Positions 28,359 to 38,171 of a stretch of 59,150 nt of DNA are shown here, in pieces. The translations under genes and the position numbers were made by a program. The notes below the pieces were generated by a model. The model had not been told where the DNA came from and did not search any database. It saw only the letters and a program-made list of their open reading frames with translations. Origin of the DNA: a virus (Duplodnaviria > Caudoviricetes); IMG/VR virus record IMGVR_UViG_3300043015_001357, positions 1-59,150 of that record; one strand, given 5' to 3'. Within the stretch, counting starts at the first letter, position 1. Each line of letters opens with the position of its first letter.

Positions 28359-28415
28359 TCAGGACCCTGAACAGCAGCGTCGTACAGGTTGTAGCATCCA
28401 TTTTTTACTAATCAT
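28359..28415 (-). CDS. Micro-ORF, 18 aa (MISKKWMLQPVRRCCSGS)
   Basis: GGAG 6 nt before ATG; overlaps the upstream stop; fills the intergenic gap. Confidence 0.55.
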   Translation of the reverse strand: MISKKWMLQPVRRCCSGS

Positions 28416-28719
28416 TTTTAACTCCATGTTTAAAACCGAAATCATCAACCAACATCGATAGTATGTATGATGTACCAGCAGAGATACATCCGCACAAAAA
28501 TGCGTTAATTAATGAATATTCAAATGTAAATAGTTCCGTAAAACCATTTATCGCCCACATAAATACACCAACCCACCAACCTATGCACAACGGACAGTGA
28601 AATAATGTGTTCCATTTCTTCGTGTAGTCTTTCTCTGGTCTCAAGTCTTCGAATATTTTTCCGTAGACGAGAATGAAAGTCATACCATAACAGGCAAGAA
28701 TAAAATGTAATGTTTCCAC
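28408..28719 (-). CDS. Small membrane protein with CxxC (DUF1360-like)
   Basis: Three hydrophobic segments; LFHCPLCIGWWVG. Confidence 0.7.
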   Translation of the reverse strand: METLHFILACYGMTFILVYGKIFEDLRPEKDYTKKWNTLFHCPLCIGWWVGVFMWAINGFTELFTFEYSLINAFLCGCISAGTSYILSMLVDDFGFKHGVKND

Positions 28720-28727
28720 GATAACCT

Positions 28728-29441
28728 CTAGTTTACTAAAGAAGAATATATTTGACCAAATCTATATGAAGCAAAAGAAAACACTTTCTTCTCAAAATCT
28801 TCTTTATTTAAATAGTCATTTGATTCATGGTTTGCTTTGTACATATCCAACAAGGTGTCGCCGGCTGAATTATTAACTTTCTCTAGAGAATGATGTGAGG
28901 CGTTTTTATCATCGTGTTTTTTATATGGCGTTCCACAGTCATCTTCTGGGTCATCTGGTGTTTCATGTGTTGTGTAATCAAACTCATCATTACCTTTAGC
29001 GGTCTTTCTCTTGGTATATTCAGAACTATTGGCCATCTTATTCCATACTCGCTTTGCTCCCGGAAGTGTTCCGGAATACTTATCAGATGTTAAACCGGCT
29101 CCATCGGGAATAGCAGCAAAAGCAAGAGAGTATAAGAGTTTACCAAATTCTTGACCTTGCAAAGAAGGTTCGACATAAACAGCAGAGACTTGAAATGTGT
29201 TTGGGATACATTGTAATCTATCATCACCGGGCTCTGTTATTTGCATTGCTGCAATATAACCAATAACATAAAAGTCATCAACGTACTTTTGCTTTCTATA
29301 TAAAACAATGTGATGCTCTTCGTCATCATCATCCCAATGATAAACACACAAGTCTTTTTCTAAATGGTCATCGTCATAAGGAACAGTCGGCGCTGCCTCA
29401 TTTAAAACAAACTTTCGCCATTCATTCAATATCTTTTTCAT
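28728..29441 (-). CDS. GNAT-like acetyltransferase with capsid-targeting-like leader
   Basis: MKKILNEWRKFVLNE; motif A VYVEPSLQGQEFGKLLY. Confidence 0.75.
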   Translation of the reverse strand: MKKILNEWRKFVLNEAAPTVPYDDDHLEKDLCVYHWDDDDEEHHIVLYRKQKYVDDFYVIGYIAAMQITEPGDDRLQCIPNTFQVSAVYVEPSLQGQEFGKLLYSLAFAAIPDGAGLTSDKYSGTLPGAKRVWNKMANSSEYTKRKTAKGNDEFDYTTHETPDDPEDDCGTPYKKHDDKNASHHSLEKVNNSAGDTLLDMYKANHESNDYLNKEDFEKKVFSFASYRFGQIYSSLVN

Positions 29442-30043
29442 CAGTATGTATACCTCCCGTAAAGATAAGGGGCAAAAAGGTTCTTTTGAAGGATTGAGCC
29501 TTTCTCTTCTTCGTGTGGAACCTCACCAAGTTCTGTTGCATGCTCATCATCCGGATTCAATAGAGCATCATCCATCAAGTCATCATGAGCTTCTAGAGAA
29601 TCAGTTAGGGGTTTCTCAACCTTAAACCACTCAGCGATATTCAAAAGAGCGGCTTTAACAGAGTTATATTTCTTTGAATCAAGAATCTTAGCTTCCATTG
29701 AGCCATAAATATTACCACCTTGAATAGAGTCATAAGCAACAATACCTTTCTTTCTAAGAAACTCAAACAAACGAGACTCAGCGCCATAAACGTTATCAGT
29801 AAGCATGTCTTTTGCAAATGCAATAATCTTCTTTTGTTCTTGCATTAAGACAATATCAATATCTTTGTGATCATATATCATTAGGTTTCCGTCTAGAGAC
29901 TCTCTAACATACAACTCAAAAGTATATTTGTTGACATCTGTTCTGGCTATATTGATTTTAGTTGTTGGTTTGATATCAATCCCAACTTCATCATCTTGTA
30001 TTACTTCTGTACCTTGAGGTTTTATGAGATTAACACGAACCAT
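29441..30043 (-). CDS. Hypothetical protein (head module)
   Basis: 200 aa ORF, translationally coupled on both sides. Confidence 0.75.
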   Translation of the reverse strand: MVRVNLIKPQGTEVIQDDEVGIDIKPTTKINIARTDVNKYTFELYVRESLDGNLMIYDHKDIDIVLMQEQKKIIAFAKDMLTDNVYGAESRLFEFLRKKGIVAYDSIQGGNIYGSMEAKILDSKKYNSVKAALLNIAEWFKVEKPLTDSLEAHDDLMDDALLNPDDEHATELGEVPHEEEKGSILQKNLFAPYLYGRYTY

Positions 30044-30855
30044 TATAATTCCTCCACAAGATCTTGGATATAAAACAGCTTCTTAACCATTTTCTCATTC
30101 AATGGTTTTTGGGTAAAATCTTCCAATATTTCCGAGACTTTTTCAAGTTTTTGACGTTTTTCTTGAGAAAAGGTATCAACACTGCTTGAGAGTTTTTCGG
30201 TGAGTTTTTGTTTCAAACTTCCGACTTCTTCGTTAACAAAAGTTTTTAGCCCAAGACCATTGTCTGAGAACGAAACAATATAATTTGTTAGAAGCTTCTT
30301 TTGGTTCTCTTTGAGAGAGTTCTTATAAGTTTCATTAAATTTATTGACAAATGTCTTGTATGTGAGATTATCAATATGCTTCATTTCCTTCTCTTGTGTT
30401 TCGGAAGGAACAAGCAAGGATTTGACTTTTGTTTCAACAATAAGACGAGATTTAGCATGTGGAATATTATCTTGGAACCAAGCGCCAACTGTTGCAATAT
30501 CTTTATAGTTTGGAACAAAGTTTTTGAATACATCCGATCCTAGTTGTTGATTTATCTGTGTTATAACTTTTGTTTGAGCATTGAAAACAGATTTACGATC
30601 AATGGCATTGTAGTCTTTCTTTGTCTCAACAAGAAAACGATCTGTAAAGTCTTTAGTCATCTTATCTTTGTTTTCCAAGATAGACTTGTAGAGTTCTAAG
30701 TCTCGTTGCAATAGAGACCCCTTTACAAAGTTCTCTTTGATAATTTTTACAATCTTTCCTTTTCTTTCTTCTTGTTGTCTTACAATCGCTTTTGTTAGTT
30801 CTTTTACAAGAGATTCGTAAAGAAAAGCGGTATTTCTTTTCTTATTGTGCTTCAT
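30043..30855 (-). CDS. Hypothetical protein downstream of the portal gene
   Basis: MKHNKKRNTAFLYESL; helical; overlaps the portal stop. Confidence 0.8.
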   Translation of the reverse strand: MKHNKKRNTAFLYESLVKELTKAIVRQQEERKGKIVKIIKENFVKGSLLQRDLELYKSILENKDKMTKDFTDRFLVETKKDYNAIDRKSVFNAQTKVITQINQQLGSDVFKNFVPNYKDIATVGAWFQDNIPHAKSRLIVETKVKSLLVPSETQEKEMKHIDNLTYKTFVNKFNETYKNSLKENQKKLLTNYIVSFSDNGLGLKTFVNEEVGSLKQKLTEKLSSSVDTFSQEKRQKLEKVSEILEDFTQKPLNEKMVKKLFYIQDLVEEL

Positions 30856-32776
30856 CTTCTTTTACCTTCTTTAGTAGACTCTCAATCAAGTTATCAACTT
30901 GTTTTGATGTTTTAAATAGTTTCTCTTCTTCTGTTTCGTTATCTTCTGTAATTCCACGAGCAAGAGAATCTAAGCCACCAAAACCGGACTTACCTTGAAA
31001 AGTTGTTCTATATGTGTTTCCATATTCTCCGGTGGCTTGATTTTTCATCTGTTTACTTCTACCACCTTTTGAATATGATGTTTGATGACGCTTGTATTTG
31101 CCACGCTTATATGATGGCTCGTCATCTCGTTTAGCGGGTGGTTCAGCCAAGAGAACATCGTCATTTTGATCACCCCCTTCGGCACCAGGGCTCTCGTCCC
31201 CAGCAGCCTGTTCTCCGGCATCACCACCTAAATCTAAATCTCCACCAGTGTCTCCACCTAGGTCAAGATCACCACCTCCAAGATCTCCTAGGTCACCGCC
31301 ACCGCCTTCAGCAGGTGGTTGACCAGCAGCTTCAAGACTAGCAGCCATTTTTCTATCGTAGAACATTTCACGCTGCATACGAACAAACTCTTCATCAGAA
31401 AGTCCGAAGAGGTTCTCAGCAACCCAACGACGAGAGAAATAACCTTCAGTTGCGTTTCCAGCAACAGAAAATTTCTTGTCCCAATGTTCAAGCTCTTGAA
31501 GTTCAGCAATCTTTGATGGATTGTTTAACTGTAATTTAAACCCAAGAAGATCATCATTGCGGAAACCCATGGTGAATAGGTGAATGATTCCAATCTTCTC
31601 AAGTTCAGCAATAACAACTCGTTGTAGTCTTTGAATTGTTCTTGCGAATCTAATATCTTTTTGTGCAAGTGTTGTTTTATCTTCTTGTGCGCCTTCTCCC
31701 ATTGTAAGGTAAGACTGTGGTATCTTAAGTGCGGAGAATAGCTTGTCTCTGAGATACTTAACATCTTCAATCGTAGCAGTCATAGCTCCACCGGGTAGGT
31801 TCTGTATGTCTGTATTTGAGGTTCCACGAATAGGAATGTAATAATCTTCTTCAATTGATAGTGGGTTGTATCTTAAATCAAGTCGACCTGTTGATGGGTC
31901 CACGACTTGATGACGCTTCATTTGAGTCATAACTTTTTGCATGTATTGTTCGACATCTTGTGGAGGAATGTTGCCGACATCAATTTTGAATACGCGTCTC
32001 TCTGGAGCACGTACGATTCGGTATGCCATCATAGCGTCTTCTAGAAGAGTAAGTTGTCTCCAAATTCTTCTTGCTGGTTCCAATACAGATGTTCCATAAG
32101 GAGCATGTTTGTCGTTTCCTAGAATACGGAAGTGAGCCATTTGCCAATTTTCTAAAGTCATGCCGCCAGAATTCCACTGAAACTGTACATAGTTGGGGTT
32201 AGACTCATCTTCGCCTTCTAAGCGCTCAATTTCTTGAGGAGGAAGGCCGATAGCGGCTCTTACACCCATACCCTCTTCGATATCTAAGTAAAGAAAGAGA
32301 TCTCCGTACTTACACATTGTTCTACACCAACCAAACAGATTGTGTTCAATATTAAGAACATTATGATAAAGATTATCAAGGATTGTCTTGATCTCGTCAT
32401 TTGGACATTTAATTCTCAACATTGGTTGCAAAGATGAATGAGTTGTCATTTCATCTGCGTAAATATCTAGGGATGATGCACATTCTGGTGTATATTCCAT
32501 CTGATCAAAGTCAACGTATCGTTCTGCTCTGTTTCGGTTTGATATCATGTTAACTGTCATGATATTCATTGGGTTGTATTCTTGCTTCTTAAATTGTTTA
32601 CCAGAAGCAGAAGTGAAACGAGAAGCATAAGCATCTAAGTGTCGTCTTCTTAGAGCGCGACCTTGTTGGGTTCTTCTTTGAGTAATCGGACCAGAAAATA
32701 ATCTTGTTAATGAACGAAAAAGACCATTCTCCGGATTATAGGGGTTACGCCCTAGGTTCTTCTTTCTATTAGCCAT
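30842..32776 (-). CDS. gp20: Portal protein (T4 gp20 family)
   Basis: PYGTSVLEPARRIWRQLTLLEDAMMAYRIVRAPERRVFKIDVGNIPP, EEDYYIP, LFSALKIP. Confidence 0.95.
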   Translation of the reverse strand: MANRKKNLGRNPYNPENGLFRSLTRLFSGPITQRRTQQGRALRRRHLDAYASRFTSASGKQFKKQEYNPMNIMTVNMISNRNRAERYVDFDQMEYTPECASSLDIYADEMTTHSSLQPMLRIKCPNDEIKTILDNLYHNVLNIEHNLFGWCRTMCKYGDLFLYLDIEEGMGVRAAIGLPPQEIERLEGEDESNPNYVQFQWNSGGMTLENWQMAHFRILGNDKHAPYGTSVLEPARRIWRQLTLLEDAMMAYRIVRAPERRVFKIDVGNIPPQDVEQYMQKVMTQMKRHQVVDPSTGRLDLRYNPLSIEEDYYIPIRGTSNTDIQNLPGGAMTATIEDVKYLRDKLFSALKIPQSYLTMGEGAQEDKTTLAQKDIRFARTIQRLQRVVIAELEKIGIIHLFTMGFRNDDLLGFKLQLNNPSKIAELQELEHWDKKFSVAGNATEGYFSRRWVAENLFGLSDEEFVRMQREMFYDRKMAASLEAAGQPPAEGGGGDLGDLGGGDLDLGGDTGGDLDLGGDAGEQAAGDESPGAEGGDQNDDVLLAEPPAKRDDEPSYKRGKYKRHQTSYSKGGRSKQMKNQATGEYGNTYRTTFQGKSGFGGLDSLARGITEDNETEEEKLFKTSKQVDNLIESLLKKVKEDEAQ

Positions 32777-32779
32777 TTA

Positions 32780-34363
32780 TTATCCTTTGAATATCCATGC
32801 AAAATTTCTTGCTTTATTTAATTCTTCTTTATATTTAGTTTCGAAATCAGCATTATACCCATCTTGCCCTTTTATCGTTGTGTTCATAATGCTCTTTTTC
32901 ATATACATTCCGTCAATCATAGCTTTCCGATATTCAAGATCTTTTTGTGAAACTTCAAGCGCTGTGTCTCTTACCCAACACATAATAGAGAGACACATGA
33001 CGATATCGTCGTGATAAGATCTCATTGCTTCTGGCTTTCCGTTATTCCAAATAAAAGTCCTGAACTCATCGAAGGCTCTTGCTGATGGTATCTTGATAAT
33101 TCTATTGCGGATAAACTCTTCAAGTTTTGCTACAATAAGAGGTCGGGTCTTTGTTGAAGTTGTAAAACCACCAACCGCATTGTTCATAAACTCGCCTTGA
33201 GATGCATCAACAAATTCATGGGTTCCTTTTACGGAATAATAAAGATTCTCATATCCCATGTCTTTAAGTTTCTCAAATACAGAAATACCAATACCGTTAT
33301 TCTCAACAACTAGAAGGCATTTCCCATATTCCATTCCTGCTGAATATAGCATTTGTGAATACATATCAAGCGAAGGTTTGCCTTGATACTCGGCAACTAT
33401 CTCCATCTTTCCTACATCTAATACATGAAATACAGAGTTGTCAGCGCCATCGCCTCTAGCAACATCGGCAACGAGAAGGTAATGACCTCCATCTCGGTAC
33501 TTCTCCCATATCCAAAAATTTCTATCATATCCTGTCCTATATATTGGTTCTTTAATTTGTTCTTGCAACCAAGCAATATCCTCTGGATGTATAACTGTAT
33601 CACCAGAAGTATTGAAGTTGCATTCTAATTCTTGTGCAATTTGACGACGAGACATATTTTTTGTCTCTTTCTTAAACCATGCTTGGTCTCTTTCGGGATG
33701 AACGTCCCACGGAAGATTAACCGGTTTGAAATCCGATTCTCCATTATCCGCTGCTACATAAGTCTTATGAAACCAGTTACCAACACCATTCGGAGTTGAT
33801 AGTGCAATACAGCGTCCACCTGTTGATAGTGTGGGATAAAGACCAGTCCATAGATCGTCAAGACCATCGATATGGGCAGCCTCGTCAATAATAAGAAGTG
33901 ACAATGCTTCCGAACGACCAGCGTCTCCAGAAGTTGATGCGGCTTTGATTTGTGATCCGTTTGAAAGTTCAAACGATGTTCTGTTGTCAACTTTAATCTT
34001 AGCGACCTTCATCCACTCCGGAAGATATTGCATTATGTTCTTAACTTTCTTTACAAGGTTTGCTGCGGTTTGAAATTTTGTGGCTATCACAAGTATGTTT
34101 TTATCTCTGTGGAATAACATGAACCAAACAGCATAAGCAGCGGATATCGTTGAAATACCAAGCTGTCTTGCTTTTAGAATAACTGTAAAACGGAAATCGT
34201 TAAAATCATTTATCAAGTCGTTTTGATAAGGGTAGGTCTTGAACGGAATAAGTCCGTGCATCGGATGCGAAATACGACAATAATTATTTATGAAGTATTC
34301 GGGATCTTTGCCGGACTTAACAATTTCCTTTACGATTTCTTTCTTTGAAAGAGAGAAAGCCAT
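32780..34363 (-). CDS. terL: Terminase large subunit
   Basis: LKARQLGIST, LLIIDEAAH, LSTPNG, ADVARGDGAD, VVENN, HDDIVM. Confidence 0.95.
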   Translation of the reverse strand: MAFSLSKKEIVKEIVKSGKDPEYFINNYCRISHPMHGLIPFKTYPYQNDLINDFNDFRFTVILKARQLGISTISAAYAVWFMLFHRDKNILVIATKFQTAANLVKKVKNIMQYLPEWMKVAKIKVDNRTSFELSNGSQIKAASTSGDAGRSEALSLLIIDEAAHIDGLDDLWTGLYPTLSTGGRCIALSTPNGVGNWFHKTYVAADNGESDFKPVNLPWDVHPERDQAWFKKETKNMSRRQIAQELECNFNTSGDTVIHPEDIAWLQEQIKEPIYRTGYDRNFWIWEKYRDGGHYLLVADVARGDGADNSVFHVLDVGKMEIVAEYQGKPSLDMYSQMLYSAGMEYGKCLLVVENNGIGISVFEKLKDMGYENLYYSVKGTHEFVDASQGEFMNNAVGGFTTSTKTRPLIVAKLEEFIRNRIIKIPSARAFDEFRTFIWNNGKPEAMRSYHDDIVMCLSIMCWVRDTALEVSQKDLEYRKAMIDGMYMKKSIMNTTIKGQDGYNADFETKYKEELNKARNFAWIFKG

Positions 34364-34929
34364 TATTTCCTCTCGTTATCACTCTTCTTGATTTTTTCAT
34401 TACTAGGGCGTTTTGCAGCCTTTACTTGCTCTAAAAACTTTCGTGTTATTGAACGACTGTTCTCAACAGCAGGATCAAGAATAGGTTCTTCTTTCACACC
34501 ACCAATTTTATAATGCTGGTATGCTTGAACAAATGAACGAACACGAGACGTTGATTGAGCAAGAACTTTAGGTTCTCCATCCGCTGTAAGTGTGACGGAT
34601 TTACCGGTAATTGCTTTGTATTCTTTTTGAAGAAACTTTTTTACTTGCTCAATTTGGCGAACGATATCGCCTTCAAAATCTTTTGAGCCATGAATCTCAC
34701 GAAGTTGAATGTCAGTTTGATAATTGATAACCATCTTATTTCCATAAAACTTAACAGAAAACCCATCGTTTACTCTCTTATCCATGAGAGGGCATCCTTC
34801 TTCACGGCGAAGTCCAACTTTGCGAACTTGTCCATCAAGAGAAAATCTTTCGTCATGTACGCCATCATAAGCATTTGCTGCTGCTTGTGATAGTCCTTGT
34901 ATAATTTCTAGTGTTGTTGATTCAGCCAT
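34363..34929 (-). CDS. Hypothetical protein upstream of terL
   Basis: 188 aa, SD AAGGA, TAATG-coupled to terL. Confidence 0.75.
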   Translation of the reverse strand: MAESTTLEIIQGLSQAAANAYDGVHDERFSLDGQVRKVGLRREEGCPLMDKRVNDGFSVKFYGNKMVINYQTDIQLREIHGSKDFEGDIVRQIEQVKKFLQKEYKAITGKSVTLTADGEPKVLAQSTSRVRSFVQAYQHYKIGGVKEEPILDPAVENSRSITRKFLEQVKAAKRPSNEKIKKSDNERK

Positions 34930-34943
34930 AATTTATTCCTTTT

Positions 34944-35330
34944 TTAATATTCCAAAAGCTCTTCTTCTAGACCATCTAAATAATCTTCTAAAACATGTTT
35001 TTCTCTTGGAGTTTTAGCATTTTTAATATCTTCTATAGTTTTATCTATTTCATACTCAATTGCTGCCTTTGGTCGCTTACCATATGGCATAGCAAACATT
35101 TGTTCTCTTGTTTTAAAATCTTGTGCTCCTGCCGCATCAATCTTGTCTTGGTCTACACCATCAAACATAAGTGCTAATTCTTTTGCTTGTTTGTAACCCT
35201 CTGGTCCTGTGCTTGCAATTTTAAGCAGTTTATCTAATTGTTCAGGAGTTATAGACATTTTTTGAGACTCTTTTAAATGCTCTAGTTCTTCACGGATAAG
35301 TTTTTTAAGCCTTTGTGTTGTTATTTTCAT
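34944..35330 (-). CDS. Hypothetical protein with IxKEEL-type leader
   Basis: MKITTQRLKKLIREELEHLKE. Confidence 0.7.
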   Translation of the reverse strand: MKITTQRLKKLIREELEHLKESQKMSITPEQLDKLLKIASTGPEGYKQAKELALMFDGVDQDKIDAAGAQDFKTREQMFAMPYGKRPKAAIEYEIDKTIEDIKNAKTPREKHVLEDYLDGLEEELLEY

Positions 35331-35697
35331 CTGGTCTCCATCCTGTTTTCCAACGTTCCTCGCGTCCTTCTACATATTGAATGTAACACTTTTCACAACA
35401 ATCAAATTTTGACATATAAACATCATCATTTGATTTGAATGAATAAACATTACATACAGGACAAGAACGTTTAGAATTCTTCGTAATTAGTTTGTTTGGG
35501 ATAAAAACTCCGTTTATTTCTTGTTCTTCGCTCAATCCAGACTCTTCGTACTTATAAAATCCTTTGAGATCGTTAAGATACTCTTTTTCTTTCTCATCGT
35601 TCCAGCCTTTCTTTGGATGTTGAACTGTTTCTTCACCATACTTTTCTGTTATGGCTTTCTCAACCTTTACGGCATAATTCGGATCTTTACTTTTCAT
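35305..35697 (-). CDS. Hypothetical Zn-binding protein
   Basis: CPVC...CCEKC...VEGREERWKTGWRP. Confidence 0.75.
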   Translation of the reverse strand: MKSKDPNYAVKVEKAITEKYGEETVQHPKKGWNDEKEKEYLNDLKGFYKYEESGLSEEQEINGVFIPNKLITKNSKRSCPVCNVYSFKSNDDVYMSKFDCCEKCYIQYVEGREERWKTGWRPDENNNTKA

Positions 35698-36774
35698 TTA
35701 AACCTCAATAATAGCATTTGGGTCTGTTCTCAACTGAACGACCATCTGTTCGATCTGTTTTGGTGGTAAAGCACGAAGTGCCTTGTACACACTTCTCAAT
35801 TGTCTTTTTTCTATTTGGCCTTTGTTGAGCATGTGGTTTACAATTTCAACATGCATTTTCTTAATGTCTTTATCGGAGAACTCGTCATAGGCTGCTCCAC
35901 CTTGCTCTAGAATTTCTTCAACTTTTCTATAGATTGTAAAAAATACATCAACCAACTGTTTGGTATCATCATCAGCAGTGTGGAGTTGAATTCGATTTGG
36001 GTCTCCAAAAACATTCATAAGTTGTTGAAGTTTCATTGACATGTATCTTTTTCCTTTCTCGGACATAACATACATAGCGTTTGCTTGTTCGTCTCCTTTA
36101 TCAGCAGCGTCTATCATAGCTTTCTTGAATAAGGTTCTAGAAAACAAAACTGTATCAAAAATATCAATGTCCGCAAATGCCGTGGAATCAATTCCATATT
36201 TATCACACAATTCAATGATTCTTCTTCTATCAAAGCTCATAATGTTGTGACCAACAGACACTTTGTTTTCTTGAGAATTAAACCAATCAACAAATTTTCT
36301 TAATGCTTGTTCTTCTTTCATTTCTTCTTCGCCTTGTTCGAAATCGTCATAATGAGTGTAGGCTAACATATCATCAACAGTCACGGGAAATTCTTGCCCT
36401 TTTTCTTTCATTTTCTGCTTTTTCATCGATAACTCAGAATTAGGATCTTTAAGTTCTTCTCGTTCCATTGCTTGTTGTTCAAGTGTCTCTGGGTTGAGAG
36501 AACATTTGATTACAATGCTGTCGTGATAATCAGATGGAGGAGGTTTTGAGATGTCATCAATTTTATAAGAGAAAGCAGCAAATTGCGTGATTTGTCCGTC
36601 AAATCCAATTGTCTCTAAATCCCAAAACACCCAAGTTTTTCCATTTAGTTCGTCTTTCATAAATTTTAAAGCAGCATTTGGTGAAATAAAACCAAGATTG
36701 CTTAGGTCTTCGTCTAATACGGCTTCAAGCTCTTCTTTGATAATTCTTCTTATAGTTTGTTGATCTATTCTCAT
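35698..36774 (-). CDS. DEDDh 3'-5' exonuclease (DnaQ-like) with IxKEEL-type leader
   Basis: ExoI WDLET, ExoII GHNIMSFD, ExoIII HTADDD; leader MRIDQQTIRRIIKEELEAVLDE. Confidence 0.85.
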   Translation of the reverse strand: MRIDQQTIRRIIKEELEAVLDEDLSNLGFISPNAALKFMKDELNGKTWVFWDLETIGFDGQITQFAAFSYKIDDISKPPPSDYHDSIVIKCSLNPETLEQQAMEREELKDPNSELSMKKQKMKEKGQEFPVTVDDMLAYTHYDDFEQGEEEMKEEQALRKFVDWFNSQENKVSVGHNIMSFDRRRIIELCDKYGIDSTAFADIDIFDTVLFSRTLFKKAMIDAADKGDEQANAMYVMSEKGKRYMSMKLQQLMNVFGDPNRIQLHTADDDTKQLVDVFFTIYRKVEEILEQGGAAYDEFSDKDIKKMHVEIVNHMLNKGQIEKRQLRSVYKALRALPPKQIEQMVVQLRTDPNAIIEV

Positions 36775-37163
36775 TGTGTAATTCCGGGTTTAACTGCATA
36801 CATAATTCCAATTGATATTCCTGCTCCAGCGATGAACCCACCGATAACAGGCCAAATATTGTTTTGCGGTCTCAATTCTTTGATATGTTCGTCTTGTAAT
36901 TTAATTAGTTCGTTAAGCTTGTTGATCTCCGCATCTGTCTTTACTTTGAGAACATCATATTTATATTTTTCTTCAATTCTTAATTTGTTTAATTCATAAG
37001 CTGTTTTTGCTTCACAGTTTAAATCTTTGGTAGCAGACTCTTCAACAAGAATTCTCATAGCAGATTCATTCAGTAAACGACCAGACCACGGAGCAACATC
37101 GCCTTCTTTTAAGTCTTTATATTTTGGTTCTTCGGCAAATAAGAGAGATAACAAGAAGATCAC
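36771..37163 (-). CDS. Envelope coiled-coil protein (spanin-like candidate)
   Basis: Short hydrophobic N-terminus, coiled coil, C-terminal TM helix. Confidence 0.55.
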   Translation of the reverse strand: MIFLLSLLFAEEPKYKDLKEGDVAPWSGRLLNESAMRILVEESATKDLNCEAKTAYELNKLRIEEKYKYDVLKVKTDAEINKLNELIKLQDEHIKELRPQNNIWPVIGGFIAGAGISIGIMYAVKPGITQ

Positions 37164-37855
37164 ATTTCCTCCATCTCTAATTGTCCGTTATCATAGAGTT
37201 CATCCATTATTTTGGTACCTCTCTTTATATAACCATAGGACACACTTTGTTCATGCCACTTTGCTGCTTTTTCAGGATAATCAATAGAAGCCATTCTTGC
37301 ATGAGATGGATTGTGCTTTTTCCAATCTCCTTTTCCAACTGCATAATAAACTGATGTATCTTGTGTACAGTCATCACTTTTATCATCTGGAGTCAACTGT
37401 TTAAATGGAGCCATTCTTTTGCTTCCATAAATCCACTCTAATGTTTGATCACTGATGTCAAGCCTAACTTTTTCAACATCAGAACGATTATTTAAATAAA
37501 AGTCCCAAACGTTTTTTGCATCCCCAGAAACCATACCTCTATCTGAGGTTAGAGTAGCATTTCTAGAACTTGTAAGATACTCCATCATGACATCGTATAA
37601 TAACGGCCCCCAACCTTTAGTGGCCTCTGCGCTTGTTATTTCATAGCTATTTGCTATACAATCTTGTGGTTTCATTTTTTCTGCTACAAGTATACCTTCG
37701 ATGCTATCATCTAAATTATCTCTGTGTTGGTAACTTATCTCAACAAAATCTCCATATGCTTCAAGTTTAATATAGAAATCTTCTGGTAAATCAGCAGGAG
37801 ACATCGCTGCTTCTTTTATTATTTGTTTGTTTTTTCTTACAATTCTAATCTTCAT
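37160..37855 (-). CDS. GNAT-like protein, paralog of 28728-29441, with KIRI-type leader
   Basis: ATKGWGPLLYDVMME, LTSDR, AKNVW, TPDDKSDDC; leader MKIRIVRKNKQIIKE. Confidence 0.65.
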   Translation of the reverse strand: MKIRIVRKNKQIIKEAAMSPADLPEDFYIKLEAYGDFVEISYQHRDNLDDSIEGILVAEKMKPQDCIANSYEITSAEATKGWGPLLYDVMMEYLTSSRNATLTSDRGMVSGDAKNVWDFYLNNRSDVEKVRLDISDQTLEWIYGSKRMAPFKQLTPDDKSDDCTQDTSVYYAVGKGDWKKHNPSHARMASIDYPEKAAKWHEQSVSYGYIKRGTKIMDELYDNGQLEMEEM

Positions 37856-38171
37856 CTCTGCTTATTCCTCTTGATGCGAGAAAATCTTCGGTGTCAACTT
37901 CCTTTGCTTCCTCTAAAATCTTTGCCTTTTTTTCTTCATAATCTAGAACGTTTTGGACCAAGGAGGTGTGTGTAGCGTCCGCAAGGTCTTCTATGTCCTC
38001 TATTACTTCTTCGCGCTGTTCTTCCTCTAAATCTTTCCATTTTTCGTAAAATTTTACTTGTTGTTGTTTTGCGTCTTTGGAGCGACCAAGAAGATAAAAA
38101 GCAATGGCCGTGATAACCATCACGATCCACTGCCAATATTTTATAACAAAGTTTTTAACTTTGCTAAACAT
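37845..38171 (-). CDS. N-terminally anchored membrane coiled-coil protein (i-spanin-like candidate)
   Basis: TM WQWIVMVITAIAFYLLG followed by a charged coiled coil; TAATG-coupled to the holin-like gene. Confidence 0.55.
   Translation of the reverse strand: MFSKVKNFVIKYWQWIVMVITAIAFYLLGRSKDAKQQQVKFYEKWKDLEEEQREEVIEDIEDLADATHTSLVQNVLDYEEKKAKILEEAKEVDTEDFLASRGISRDED

Noticed and set aside
28201-28401. 66 aa ORF spanning the micro-ORF region
   Set aside because: No SD, runs through the hairpin and overlaps the kinase out of frame; the 18 aa SD-led frame fits better
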